Assembly (NCBI GenBank): GCA_964187785.1
Contig: OZ076410.1
Coordinates: 89,342,001 to 89,406,000, forward strand
Direction: 5' to 3'
DNA: 64,000 nt
DNA from: Amphiscolops sp. MND2022
Lineage: Eukaryota
Each line of letters begins with the position of its first letter. Position 1 is the stretch's first letter. The notes under the pieces are model-generated. The model was not told the DNA's origin. It did no database searches and saw nothing but the letters and a program-made list of their open reading frames with translations. Shown piece by piece: positions 13,795 to 27,331 of this stretch. Both the position numbers and the translations under genes were made by a program.

Positions 13795-14904
13795 TGCCTT
13801 CGACACCCAACGGCAATATCCTGAGTTCCTGACTGGACGAATCCACTCACACCCGACTCTTGAACGACAGGAATTGGCCCAAACTGTCTCTCTGGATACG
13901 ACTCTGCCAGTCCCAGAAGCCGAGGTGCCACAAACACCCCAGAGTCCGTTAAACAGATTGGCTGATGTTCTAGTTAATCTACAGAACAAACCACAGTCAA
14001 TGACGATTAGACCAGTTACAACCACTCCCATGACATTCGACGGAAAGAGTGAAAAATTTGAGTTTTTTGAGGACTTGTACCATACAATGATCAAAATGTT
14101 ACCCGCAGTGACTGAGCAAAATGAAAATTATTCGTTTTCACTCCTTGCTGCGCAAAGGGGCATTGCAGGCATTCAGGAACATAAACTCCATTAACCGTCA
14201 TACACTTGAGGACGTGCTGGTCATATTCCGACGCAAATATGTAAAACCGGAATCTGGAGCGACGGCAAAACATAAATGGCATAGGCTCATCCTCGATCCT
14301 AATACCACGAAAATGCCTGACTTCTTAGAAAAATTGAACCAAGGCGCCGAGAAAACCTTCGGTGAAAATGCAAAAAGCATGATTGAGAGCTTGCTAAAGT
14401 ACGCTAAAATACCACCAAAGCTGAGAAGATCTGTCAACATGGCACGTTTGGAAAACGGTACATATGAAGAAAGTGTAGCTCATTTAAAACTCGATCTTAT
14501 TGCATTGGAGGAATCATATGACCTACCAGTTGTCAGTATGCCTCATCATCTTCTAATAGCCGCAACTTACTGTCCACTGGTATTGATTCCAGCAAGAATG
14601 TGCCTACTGCAAGGCAACCAGACATTTTTACAAAAATTGTCCGAAATTGAAAAAGAAAATGGAAATGGAGGATAAAAATGGCAAGAAACCAACACACTCA
14701 ACCTACCCGCCATGTGATACATGTGGGAAAAAGAATCACCCTACGGAAAAAGGTTGGCAAGGCGCTGGCAAACATCTACGTCCCAAGAGGACCGGATACG
14801 ATGAAAAAGCCAATGATGACTCAAATGATGAAGGAAAACCCAAGAAGTCAAACAATAATGAAGACTCATCCTCAAGCCAATCCTCCTTTAAAAAGTCTAA
14901 GTCA

Positions 14905-14911
14905 AAAAAAC
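14905..14911 (+). promoter_or_regulatory. -1 ribosomal frameshift heptamer A_AAA_AAC (family B)
   Basis: In gag frame directly before the TGA; the -1 frame is open (KKLSSPRLQ...). Conserved at 28457-28463. Confidence 0.7.
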
Positions 14912-17900
14912 TGAGTTCGCCACGACTCCAAATACATGACTATTTGTTGGTTCGACAATATGTCATATCAGATCCTCCAATGATTACATTTCACCAATGT
15001 ATCAAGGACACCAATGGCACTCCGTCCGTTGTCTGGCAGCAACAGATGGAAAAAGCCTACATCAAAACCTACAAAGAAGTACATAACGATCGCCCAGACC
15101 GATACTATGATTTTGACTACACTAAAGACTTTGAGACTCGATTTCACCCCTCACAATTGATCGAAGATTATAACCCTCAATATATTGACCCTGAGTACGG
15201 AAAAGACCCATATTGGGATGATGAATTATACGAAACACAAAATCTACAGTTTAGACGTGACGACTATCCCCCAACTGATGATGAGGATGATCCCGAAATA
15301 GACGACAACAGACTCTCGAGCCCTCATTGAACTAGGGCAGTCAAACTCTGAAGCAACTTTTCAAGAAGTAGAGGAATCATACCGACAAGAAGACCACCAA
15401 GGCCCTTTTAGCTTCTTGGATGAAACAGCCTTCTTGCATCTCCTAGTAGAAAAGGAATGAGAACCATCATACTTTCCCCTTTCAACTAACCTTGGACTCA
15501 AATTCAAAAGACGGATGGTGTACTCCCCAATGGATTTTGAGGAGCTCACCATAGACGGCCTAATAGAAACCGGGACCCACTCCAGTGCAATACCAGAAGC
15601 AGACCTCAGGAAAATACGCCTATTGACACCTCAATCCATAGTAAAAGAGGGAACTGCCCCATCGTTCCAAAAATTGGTCGCAAATGGAGGAAAGCCCAAA
15701 GGGAACCGTCGAACTAAAGTTTGAAGTCGGAGACATAGAGTTCCATGAAGTTGTTATTGTAATGTGAAAATTGTCTAGTCCCATAATTGGACTGATGCTC
15801 TTACAGAGAACTCACACAGTCCTAGACATGCGCCAAGATATACTAAAGTTTCCCTATTCGTCAATGCAACTCAAAACGGCTGACCACAAATACTCAAATG
15901 TATTGGAACCTACCCTCATCCCCGAGGATGTCACGATTCCGCCGAATGACCATGCAGTCATCCCTTTTCAGTCCCAAATATACGCCGAAAATGCGGATAC
16001 TGGAAGATTACAACCCAGCGACCTTCTGCATGAAGAGGGCGACGTAACTTTTTGTTATAGTCACATTACATGAAGGGACTATGAGGATACATGTCAACAA
16101 TTTCACAGTTCAACCTTACGAACTCAAGAAAGGGTTGCATATTGCAAAATTCTCAGTGATGACTCCTGAGCAGATGAAGTATGTCAGGCCAATGGACCCA
16201 GTGTCCACCTGGCATTTACTCAATGAGAATGGGGAAGATGCAATTTACTATCTTAACAGTCTTCTTAAAGCCAACAGAAACAATGACCAATACGAACAAA
16301 ACTGGTTCCCAACACCCGAGAATCCAGGGGACGAAGCGTCCCATACACCAATACAACAAAGCATTCTCAGACAATGGCGAAACTTACAAGAAATAGAAAA
16401 ACTCAATCCGCATGATGATGCAGAATCTCGGCGAAAATTCTTCAGTAATTTTGATTGGAAAGACTCAATGCTACAACAGCATGAGATCAAACAAATAGAA
16501 ACTCTATTAATAGAATGCCATGATATCTTCGCGCGCCATAGATTTGATATCGGTGTCAACGAGGATTTTAAGGTCAAACTGACCCCGAAGGACGAATCTT
16601 CTGCTTACAGTCAGAGCCTACCTACTCCGGTCAACCTCAAAGAGGACATATTGGTCGAACTGGCGTTACTTCATAAACATGGAGTTATAACGACATTATT
16701 CTCAAAGAGTGCCAGTCCCATTTTCGCGCGCAAAAAGCCCAACGGTAAACTGAGACTGCTGGTTGATCTGAGAAAAATTAATTTTCTATTTCAGATGATT
16801 ACATAAATAACAACCACCCAGTCAGCACCTTGACGGACGCAACGCAACATATGGCCCATATGGCCGGGAAAAATCTCTTCTGCAAACTCGACTGTTCACA
16901 AGCCTATCATTGTCTCCCCATAGCGGACCAGAAGTCCATTGAACTGCTAGCCTTTCATTTTGCAAGCACGACCTTTGCCTATAGGAGATTAGCACAAGGA
17001 CTCAGTCAAGCCCTATCGGTTTTCTCCAGCTTCATGAGAGAATATTTGGATTGTGTGATAAAAGCCGACCAATACGCTCAAAATGTAGACGATATTGGCG
17101 TCGCCGCAATTGATGCCAACAATCTCATCACCAACTTAAGAGCGACATTTGAATGCATCAGAGACGCCGGATTAAAATTGTCTATGCAGAAGTGCCACTT
17201 TGGCGCTATGGAAATCGACTTCCTTGGGAGAACAATTACCCCTGAAGGAGTGAAATCCAAAAAGGAACGAATTAGCAATTTTTTGGGAAAAACGAAATTT
17301 CTGAAGTCCAAGACGGCCTTACAACGTTATCTTGGCTTCCTCAATTACTAAAGGAATTACATACGGAGATTATCCGAGAATTTAGTTCCATTCTTCCAAC
17401 TTCTCAAAAAGGACGAGAAGGTCCTAGTGACAACAGAACTAGTAGAACAGTTCAACGAGATCAACAGAGACCTAGACAGGTGTAACCAAATAGCGCTGAA
17501 ACAACCCTTACCAAACAAACAATTGGTCCTTATGACGTATGCAAGCTTCACAGCTGCCGGTTACGCCATACTGACCGAAGACGACCCAAATCAGAAGTAT
17601 ACTTCTGTCAAAAAGTCCTATGCGCCAGTTGCGTACGGCTCAAAATCTTTTACTCATTCTCAGCTCAAATTCTCAATATATGCAAAGGAATTTCTAGCAA
17701 TGTATTACGCCTTCAAGGAGTTTGGACATATCTTCTGGGGAACACCTAAATCAATAATTATCCTTGCGGATAACAAAACAGTCACAAGGTTCTTTCAGAC
17801 CAAGATACTACAACCGCCCCTCTGGAATGCTTGTGATTTTGTAATTCATTTCAATTTCTTTATTCCAGGCAAAATTATCACAGCGGCGGACTACCTGTCC

Positions 17901-19730
17901 CGTATGGAAATGGTCTCTAATGAAACGTTAGTCCTGAAAACACGAGAGGACGTAGAAACACGACCAATCGAGATCAATGTCCAATCAGCCGAAGTGTCTG
18001 AAGAGGAACAAGTCTTCTTTACTGAAGACGATAACGAGACAGAAGAACAAATTTGGGAGCGGATAAACAATCCCGAAAGGGACTCAAGGTCCCTGAGCCA
18101 AAATTTCAAATTGATGCAATATCAGAAGACACTGTGGATGAAATTACCAATTTCACCCAGAAATTACGACGAACGAATCATATACTCTTAGAGAAATCTA
18201 AAGATCAGATTCTACGCCAATTGAAAGCAAAAATTCAAAAGGAGGAACACTCTGAGGAAATCCTTCAACAGTACATCCAGTACAAACACTATCTACACAA
18301 CTTTGACCGACTGGTCCTCAAAGACGAAATTGTGACACGGCAGTAATATGATGAAACCGGACACGTAAAATATCATGAATTCGTACTGCCAAAACACCTA
18401 CTAAAGGAATTGTTGCAAGCAATACATGAAACGGCACATCGACACCCAGGCCTTTCAAAAATGCTTCAGGAAATCCGCCAAAAACTTTACTACCCCAAAT
18501 GTAGCCAAGGTTACAATTGATATAATGACGAAACACTCGTACTTGCCATCAACCCTCATCACAGACAAGGGGTCCGCATTTACCTCAACAATTGTAACGG
18601 AAGTAGCCAAAATTTTGGGTATAACACTCAAAAGTGGCACCACAAAACATCCGCAAACAATTGGCAAGCTTCAAAGGACACATGCCTCCCTAAAGTCTAA
18701 CTTGAAAATGGCCTCAGGGGAATATCGACACCAATGGCACAAAGACCTGCCACTAGTTGTGCTCAAATATAACACTACTTATCATTCCAGTATTGGATGT
18801 GAGCCCAGTAAAGTGTTTCATGGTCGAATTCCGTACAGTGTCCTTGATCACAAATTAAGAAATTTTCCTAAAAAAACTTCCTCCCGACAACTGAATTCGC
18901 GGAAGAAGTACAGCAAAGAACGCAATTCCTCATCGATCAAACGAACAAGAGTATTATACATTCGTCTTTAAAATATAAAGATTATTACCACCGTAAGGCC
19001 AGAGCGGCCAGGCTACAGGAAAACGACTACTATTTTGCTCTCCAACCTGAAGCGGATAGTGAAGGCTCTAAAATACCATTCAGGGACTACAGGTGGATCG
19101 GCCCTTCATTGTACAAAAAGTTCTACCAAACAAAAACTATAAAATACGTCGTTTAAAGACAAACAAAACACAGATTTACCCCGCATTAGACTCAAAAAAT
19201 ATGTCCTAAATGCCCCTGTGGAGGACAACTACAAAGAAGAAAAATTACAGCCTGACGAGAAGATAGTAGACGACTTGTATACTATTTCATTCGAATTAGA
19301 CACGCGAAAAGATAATTGGCCAGATACGGCCACACGTCTGCCGAACGACGCCGCGGACGGCGAAGTGGACTATTACGTCACCGAAGATGAACGCTGCAGC
19401 GCGGATGAAAATGAACAACGCAGCGGCGAACAAGCGAATGAAAGTGACGTCAACGAGAATGAAATAAGGCCGAGATCGGCCAGCAGCCGAGACACGACGT
19501 CCCCGTTGAATAAATTACCTAGTGGGACAGAAAATGCAACTGACGTCACTAATGATTTAGAAAGCACGGAAATTGCTTCAAACGGAGGCGCAGTTATTAC
19601 CGTGCCCGGAATATCAGAAAATGAAAAATAAACTGAAGATAATTCTAGCCCAAGAGGAGGGAAATATAACTTCCGACCTAACCCTAACACTAACTTTTCT
19701 GATGAAAACAGATACTATTCAGAATACTGA
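14905..19730 (+). pseudogene. pol: Family B pol (PR-RT-RNase H-IN), fragmented; integrase has an internal deletion
   Basis: ORF fragments 15515-19631 carry RT, RNase H and IN motifs; C-terminal GGKYNFRPNPN; the HH motif joins directly to the core without CxxC or the first catalytic Asp. Confidence 0.88.
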
Positions 19731-20118
19731 ATTATAAGTCCCTGTTTTGTTGTTTACCCGCAAAGGGTTATGTATTTGTACAAGGGACTACTATTGACTC
19801 CATTTTTTCTTGAACTCACAGAACAAACTGACTTGGTGGCGGGCAATATAAAGCCACAACTGGTATGTAGTAAAACTTACAAGAAAAGAAATTAATACAA
19901 TTCAGTTTATATTAAATACAAGTATGTTGACTAAAAACAAATGTACTCTATTTACACTTAATGATTTATAGACCCACTTTGCAATTCCTTCACGGCTTTG
20001 GTGACTTCAGAAGATGGAATAACTCCCTCATGGGCAGACTTCACAGTTTTCCCAGGTGAACGGAAAGCATTCCCGGAATCCTCATGAATAATAGAAGAAT
20101 ATCGACTGTGAACAATCT

Positions 20119-23100
20119 TCACAGGGCTAGTTTCATTCCCTTGGGACTGGTAGGAAGGTAAAAGAGACTTGTAATATTTCTCCTACCCGAAAGAATCAAC
20201 ATGGAACCAGGGGCCCCAGAAACACTACCTGAGTCAAAGCGGGACTCAAGCTCGTGAAACTTAGCCAAAGCTGACTCAGAGACACAAGAAGCCACGGAAT
20301 GAGGGACAGTTGATAAGGAAGACAGTGTGGGCAAAAGAAGACTTGACGAACACTACGGTATAAAGCTCTAAAGCAGAATAGGGTTTTTCCATTGGTTGGG
20401 TCAAAAGGACAGTGAGATCGAAGCTGGCCATCCCTCGAACAATGCCGGCAGTTAATCGTATATCCTTCAACAAGGAATCCAAGATATACACTATGCAACG
20501 TCGTGACTGAGTAGCGAAGTCGTCGCTTATCTCCTCGGCAAGCGTCTCGAGAACGGAGTTCAGATTCTTTTTTCCACTATTGTCCCGGGAGGCCTCTTCC
20601 AAGTTTAAATTCAGATTAGTCGAGTAAGGAAGTCTCGGCAAGACTACTCTCGGCACTCATCCAAGGGGAGCTGCAAGAGTCCCGACCAGTCGGTTTCGGC
20701 AGGAGTATGCTTAGGTAAGATGGCTCGGCTACACAACTTGCGAATGTACCGACAGTGCTCTCCGAAAACGAAAAAGCCCGAATCCCGTCGTCTCATTAGA
20801 CTTCGACTGAAGCACTTGTTATCTAAACGAAGCAAAATACAAAACGATATAATCCGCCGAGAACAATACCAGGAAGAAACGACAAATACGTACGTATTGT
20901 CACAACTATGTAATACCCATTTACGTTCAGGAACGCGATTACTTGTCTTACTTAGGCTAGGGAAATGGAAATACTTACAGCCTCGAACCGGCAGCCCAAA
21001 AAGCTCCAACTTGGCAGGAAACAAGTCGTCTGTGACGATACGCCACTTCAAGGCTCTGCAGCTGAAACAACACAGGAAAGCAGGTAACACTAGAACCAAG
21101 TTTCAAAAATGTGTGGTTTGCAAGTGTCTGGTTGTCGAAATCCTAAATAAAAGCTAGGGACTTACTGCGTATTTCACTCCTTGCTTAGCATCGGAAGGTG
21201 CATTCCTAGTGAGGAAGTCCAACACATGATCCCAGTGGACAATGAGTTCGGAATAAATGGCGGGGACACTCAAGATCTCAACATTGCTGGCCTCGTTTGC
21301 CTAAAAGTATGGAACACAATGTCGCCCAAGCCTACAACCCTAAGAGTTAGGTAGGAAAGAGGTGGTACTAACCTTAGTCAACTCAGGTGCCTGTTCAGTC
21401 TTTGGCTGGGTCAGAATGCCACCAAGAGCCAAGATCAGAAACTTGAGCTGGTAGGTGAAATCAATAGTCCGGAAAACGTTGGCTTCTCTCTGATATAAGA
21501 GCGTAGGGAGGGAGTAGGCATCAAATCGAAAAGAGTACTGTACCCCTTGAATCAACTGCTCGCTGTCATCAAAGGCATGTATGACAGAAACAGAACAGCC
21601 AGACACACTAACCAACTTGGCAGAGATGACTGAGGGAAGACGGGAGGCCCCAGCAACGTTACGCCCAGGGACGCCACCGGTTAGGGGACACCGATACATC
21701 TGGAATCGCACTAGGTTATCGTCCTTCCAGAAACGAACTGATATCAGGCCGGAGCGCCTGACAACCTCGAACTCCAACGAGTACATGTCGCTTGCAGCAA
21801 TCTTGGATGAGATTTCCTCAATCCCACAGATGAAGATGTGATGGAAGATCACCTAAATAAAAGGAAGGATAAATCCCAAGAAAAGGTACAATTGGAGTAT
21901 TGCTATGCAAAAGAGACATTACAGTGAGCTTGGTGGGCCCCCAATCAAAGGGCGCAAAAGCCCCCTGGTAATTCATGTATGCACCGACTTGGTTCCAGAG
22001 GGTATGCAAGAGACCCTTGTCGCCGGTTAAGAGGACCATTGTTGCAATTAGAGCAATCTGGGTACTGTCTCTAGCATCTGCCCTCTGAACGAGCGAGGTA
22101 ATCTTCATAAATAGGGAAATTCTCCCCTAATGTCTACTAGCAGAGCCTCTCATAAAAAGACTTCTCTTTTTCGAGTTCCAATGGTGTCAGCAGGACTCCG
22201 TTCCTTCCGCGTACTAGATGGGTCACCACTCCAGTAATCTCATTTTTTTCAGCTGAGGTGAGTATATCGCCACAACTGATCCTTCCTCAAGTGCGACTCA
22301 GATTGGTCGTGTCGCACAATTTCTTTGGCCCCTATAGAATATATGGACATATTGGTTTTACAGATCTTACAGTAGGTAACCGGACTTCAAGCGGACCGGT
22401 CACGAAAACCTTTGTCCACTGTATTCCTTTGGAATACGCCTCCTTCATTACTTTGCCGGGGCGTCCCATGTACCTCCTGCGTCTTCGGGGAGGACTCTTG
22501 GTAGTAGCAGCTTCATCAGACTTCGGGACAAGAGTAGATAGAGGGGCATAATCCCCAAGCTATTTCCACTTCCTGGACTAGAGGCAGTTTCTCGTGCTGG
22601 GTCAAAGACGTCCACATCCATTTGATGACCGGCTGAAGTCGAATATCCGTTTTGTTTGGTTTCGTCCCCACTCTAAGCAGATTGACAGACTACCTGGCTC
22701 GTCGTCCTTGTTAAAGAACCCTCTGGTATATCATTCTTTGGCGGAAATAACAACGGTCGATTCATCTCCTGAAGTGCTGAAATGTCCTTTAGGAGAACGC
22801 GTCGTTTGCTTACATGTCTACAACGTTCTTTGGTCAACACTTTTCCTGAAGTAGCTTGCAGGAGGAGGGAATTCATTAAATGAAAAGAAGACAAAATGGT
22901 TTCGTCGGAAATCGTTTTCAATACCGTGTGCATTTGTCCCTCGGTGAGAATAATGGTGGGATGAACACGAGGCAAATCAATCGGATCTTCTTCAACAAAA
23001 TACTTTCGAAGCAAAACGCGTCAACTAGCTGACAGTCGTCGCGATCCTGGCGTTTCTTACTGACTAGGGCCTCGTGACCCTTGAGAGAATTCGTTGTCAC

Positions 23101-23845
23101 TATTTGTCTCCTCACTTTGGACCTGTACATGCACAATTGTGGGGTTTGTCTTGTTAAGTGAAAAACCGGGGCCACCAATTCCAGAACTATCCATAAGTTC
23201 TTTAACCTCACCTGTGTCTGTGAAGTATTCTGTGGGGCCAAGGAGAATTTGAGTAGCAGCAACAACTTCGGCATCGAGTTCTTCATTTCTCTTGGCAGTT
23301 GAAGTGATTTTTTCCTCTTGGCTCAGTTGGGAAACAGATGGCCCTATCTTCGTCTTGATGGCAATTCCTTCGGACTCTGAGGACTTTGGCGTTACTTCGA
23401 CCACCTTTTCAGCCAGCTGAATTACGCCCGGTTTGGGGAGTGTAACACCGAGATAGTCTCGTGCAAGGATGGCTTCTACAGTCATTTCAGCGTATGCGGA
23501 CAAGCTTTCTGTAGCAGAACCACTGGAGGCGATTGTGGGAGTGTGGGCCTGTTCGTTCAGCGTCTCAACTAAAGTACCGGTAGCTGTGGGTCGTGAAGGA
23601 CCTTGAGTCCCATCTGGTTCAGTTAGCCCATCTCCAAGGCCTTTGGTATTTTGAGCAGAAACAGGTTCACTCAGCTCTCTAGACGTCAGGTATAAATATA
23701 AAGAAATCAAATCAAGCTGGAACTTTTCTGAATATGAATCCAGTACCGCGTTTCCAAATCTTTCGGAAGTTGTTAATTTTGAACTGAAGTTAACACTTGC
23801 GTTATTTGACAGGTAGTACATGAATGAAATGAGAGCCTTGATCAA
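20119..23845 (-). pseudogene. Antisense accessory coding region of family B, including a BED-like zinc finger and a hAT/DUF4371-like segment
   Basis: Chain of overlapping minus-strand ORFs. Manual translation of 22374-22291 gives YCKICKTNMSIYSIGAKEIVRHDQSESH; downstream IEEISSKIAASDMYSLEFE..LISVRFWKDD. Confidence 0.55.
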
Positions 23846-24664
23846 GCCTCAGAATAGTTCAAACTTAAAATGAGCGGATGAAGATACTTGAAGTCACTGA
23901 CCTGTTCGAATCGTGCTACAAAGGATACCCTCCTGGTGACGTTTCGTATGAATGAAGAGAAAGCTAATGTCTCTGAGTTCGGACGCAACTTGATGCAAGG
24001 GATGGGAGATGTGATCAGCAGTCAAGTCTTTCGGCTGTGGGAGAGCGATGAAGTTGGTAGTAGTCCTTCTTCTGGAAAAAGAGTAGGCCGAGGATGACTG
24101 AGAGTCACCGACTAAAGACTCAATGTCGATAGTCCAAAGGGTTTAGTGTTATGCTGGAAGACCGAGACGAATGGACCAGGCGTCCCAAAGATATTGTATA
24201 AATAAAAGACTTCAAGTAAATACGTCTGAAAAGTACCTTAAAGATTGAAGGTCTAAAAACAAATGGCGATCAAATGCGGGAAAAAATTGAATGTAAAGAA
24301 TAAAAAGATGAATCAACAATGTGACAAAGTGTCAAAACTGGAGTTCGTGGCTATACAGTTTGGTGTCAAATTTACAGTTATCTTAAGGATTAGTAGGTAC
24401 AGTCTGCCAGCATTACCTACATCGTTTTATTTATTTCAAAACTTTGTCATTTCTTATAACTATTTCATTATTTTACAATTCTTTTAGTATTTCATTATTA
24501 TTGTGACATTTTATTTCATTTACAAGGTCATGTTATTCTGTTCCTTATATGGACTTGTGACCTTGGACCGCCATTTTGTGAATGAAGATATTTTACTACG
24601 TTCTGATTGGTTACCTCAGAAAAAGCGAGACAGCGTGGTCTTAGGCCATATCTTCAACCACTTC

Positions 24665-24675
24665 AAGTAGGGAGA
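24665..24675 (+). promoter_or_regulatory. Polypurine tract of family B (AAGTAGGGAGA)
   Basis: Purine run directly followed by TGTG, the proposed LTR start. Confidence 0.55.
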
Positions 24676-27331
24676 TGTGTGTTAATAAACACTTATCTCG
24701 ATGCTCAATAAACGAGAGTGTCAATGAAAGTTATGAGTGTCAACAAGGCCGTTGTCGGCAATTTCAAAGTGGTTTTAGCGGCTAGTTGAAAAGAATAACA
24801 CCGGGGAAATCTTGTTATTGAGAAAAAACTCGGAAAACGAAGTAGAAAACCCGGGAAAGGAGAACCCGTGACGCGACGAAATTTCCGTGAAGCGGTGAAA
24901 AGGGGAATCGCCATCCTTGCGACTTCAACCATTCAGATCAGCTGCTCCTAACACCCCTAGTGGATCCAAAATACTCTAATTCTCTCTCAAAATTAACAAA
25001 AAAAATATTCACAAAAAGATACGCCATGGATCCGGGAGAAACATTTCCGATGCACTGCATCGGTGCCGCACAATCCGAAGAGAGCCGGCAATAATATACA
25101 TCTCTAGTGACGAGGATGACCACATGGAATACATTAGTTCAGGGTAAATAAGCGACTTGGCCTCTTCATCAGATGAGGAGACGGAAGAGATTCGTGTAAT
25201 GGCAAGGTGTATTGAGAGACAATTGGCCGATCAGATACCAATTCCGTCAGCTGGGGCTTCCGACACACAAAAAAGGTGTTCAACTCTAAGACCAAACAGA
25301 CCACCGTTCCCCACTTTCAACCAGAGTTATTTTGAGCTCGGAAACGGCAATGGGCCATTAGTCTGTGACGATAGGGTGAGAAAAACCATCCTCTCATTGT
25401 GTGCCGAAACTTAGTGCCTCAGTTAGACACTCCCCCGTCTCCCCCTGCTGCTCAGAGAGGGCCAAGCTCCGAAGAGAATGCCCCCAGTAGCACACATTCC
25501 AATGAAACTGTCACTGTAGACTCAATTTCCAGCCACTTCAGAGGAATGGCTGTTTCGGAAGAGTCAATGCTGGTGGACTATTCGGAATGCGTGGTTTGCG
25601 GCAAATCAGTGGCACACATTCAATCAGAAGCTGTTATGGACAATCTGAGCAAAACAGCAGTGCCGGGAGAAACGTTGGCCGAACGCGAGACGAGGAAGAG
25701 AGCCATCTTAGACGGAATGTCAGCGGGTACCTTCCTACTCATGCCAGGGGGAGTGTCGCACACGGCCGCCTGCGATGGTAAGTGGCACCTTCCCCTATGA
25801 TTAAGAAAGAATGGGCACGCTGTCCAGGCGACAACACACTGAAACTTATTTTGTGATTTGTAGTTATTTTTATATGCTGTATCAATATTCGGAGCTATGA
25901 AGTAATAACTTTCATGTATTTCAACCCGTTTCATGTATTTTAAAACATGTAATTGCAGTGATATATTACGCATGTAAATACTTATTGAGTTGATCGTAAT
26001 TGGACACCAAGGCGTACAAGCAGAGGAAACGAGTTCGAATGGTCCCTCTCCTGTCGCCGCGAACAACCAGTCCGGATGGAATTTTAACCAATCACATTAC
26101 AGCATTACACTGAGTGCTTCAATATCGTGATTTCAAGTAATGGACACTAAGGCCATATGCCGCTAACCTGCAAATATTAAAGTATTAGTTACCTGCAAAT
26201 ATTAAAGTATTAGAGGCAATAGGACACCGAGTCCAAATTAGATTGCCAATTGATGGTAGTAGTAAAAGTCTTGATTTGAAGAACAAACTTATGTACAACC
26301 TCTCCTGTCAAATAAAGGTGCTACTACTAATCGCCCCCTTGTTTTCCTCGAAAGCCGTGTAGGCTATGCTCTGATACTTCTGCCTGAAATACACATGTAT
26401 CTAGCTAAACATGAAATTGTTGTATGAATGAAACACACGCCTTTTTGTTTATGAAAGTGCAATTGTCCTTCAAGGACGTTAGTTGGAAGAGATGGAAACG
26501 GCGACACACCGCTTTTGAAGTGGCCAATAGGTCATTACGTCACGTTGTCTATAAATAGTTGATGCTAATTTTAGATTGGGTATTAACTTTTTTCAGATCA
26601 TGATATTAATATTTCTGCAAATTGTCATGCAATTGGTCCTATATATAACCGGGACATGTGGACCGGGGGACACAATGCTTATATTTTTGCAGCCTATCAA
26701 ATGATCATTGTCTTTGTTTGCAAGCCTAAGACAATTGAATCTTACCTCTTGTAGTAGTCTCTTATGCCGTCCACAAGAAAGCAAAAGGCGAAAGCTAGAA
26801 AGTCAAGTGAAATGGACATGATGTCCGATTTTGAAAACATAGACGTCATGCTTGGAAATAAGAACATTAACACGATTGAGCGAGAACATTCAAACGTACT
26901 TGGAAATACAGGAGACCACTGTGATACTGAATCCAATCTCCAACCGGAAGAAAATGAAACTCGTGAAAACGATTTTGGAAATTTTGTCCGCGAAAATGCA
27001 ATCCCTGGACAAGATATGCTCCACGAAACAATGGAAACCTTTACCAGTGAATTCAATATGAGACTCTCGCATGTAATGGATTCAATGATAGCCATGATGC
27101 ATAGCCAAATAAATAGGGCAATTAACACAGCAATGGCTGGAAGAGTAATACCAGAGATTCAAAATATGGTCAGTTCATTGTCGTCCTCAGGGAATAGGGA
27201 CAACGAGGCAAGTTCGTCCCCTAATAGTCAAGAGAATACTGGGACGAACAGTGGGTTTAAAAGTAAAATAACGAAAAAGCACCAATGGTCTGTCGGTGAC
27301 TTAAGGGCCCCTACAGACAGTAGTCCTTACA
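24676..27331 (+). repeat. Family B central LTR (~2.66 kb), shared by copy 1 (as 3' LTR) and copy 2 (as 5' LTR)
   Basis: Starts TG after the PPT and ends CA before the PBS; its 3' part matches 12272-13784. Confidence 0.55.
25026..25800 (+). pseudogene. LTR (U3)-encoded ORF of family B, frameshifted, with SIM-like motifs and CxxC
   Basis: Fragments PAIIYISSDEDD, ISDLASSSDEE, ECVVCGKS, AACDGKW; the C-terminus is also seen at 12272-12360 (SQAAACDGNW). Confidence 0.5.

Larger units (their letters stand above)
13266..14914 (+). pseudogene. gag: Family B gag (start region deleted, frameshifted)
   Basis: Homologous to 26764-28466; TFDGKSEKFEFFEDL capsid-like motif and a CCHC-like knuckle; ends SQKN*. 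Confidence 0.85.
12272..27331 (+). mobile_element. Ty3/Gypsy element family B, copy 1 (5'-truncated LTR, gag, pol, ~5-kb antisense accessory region, PPT, 3' LTR)
   Basis: Gag zinc knuckle CDTCGKKNHPTE; protease-like GLIETGTHSSAI; RT LDCSQAYH..NVDD; RNase H; integrase ITDKGSAF; many frameshifts and stops. Confidence 0.85.
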
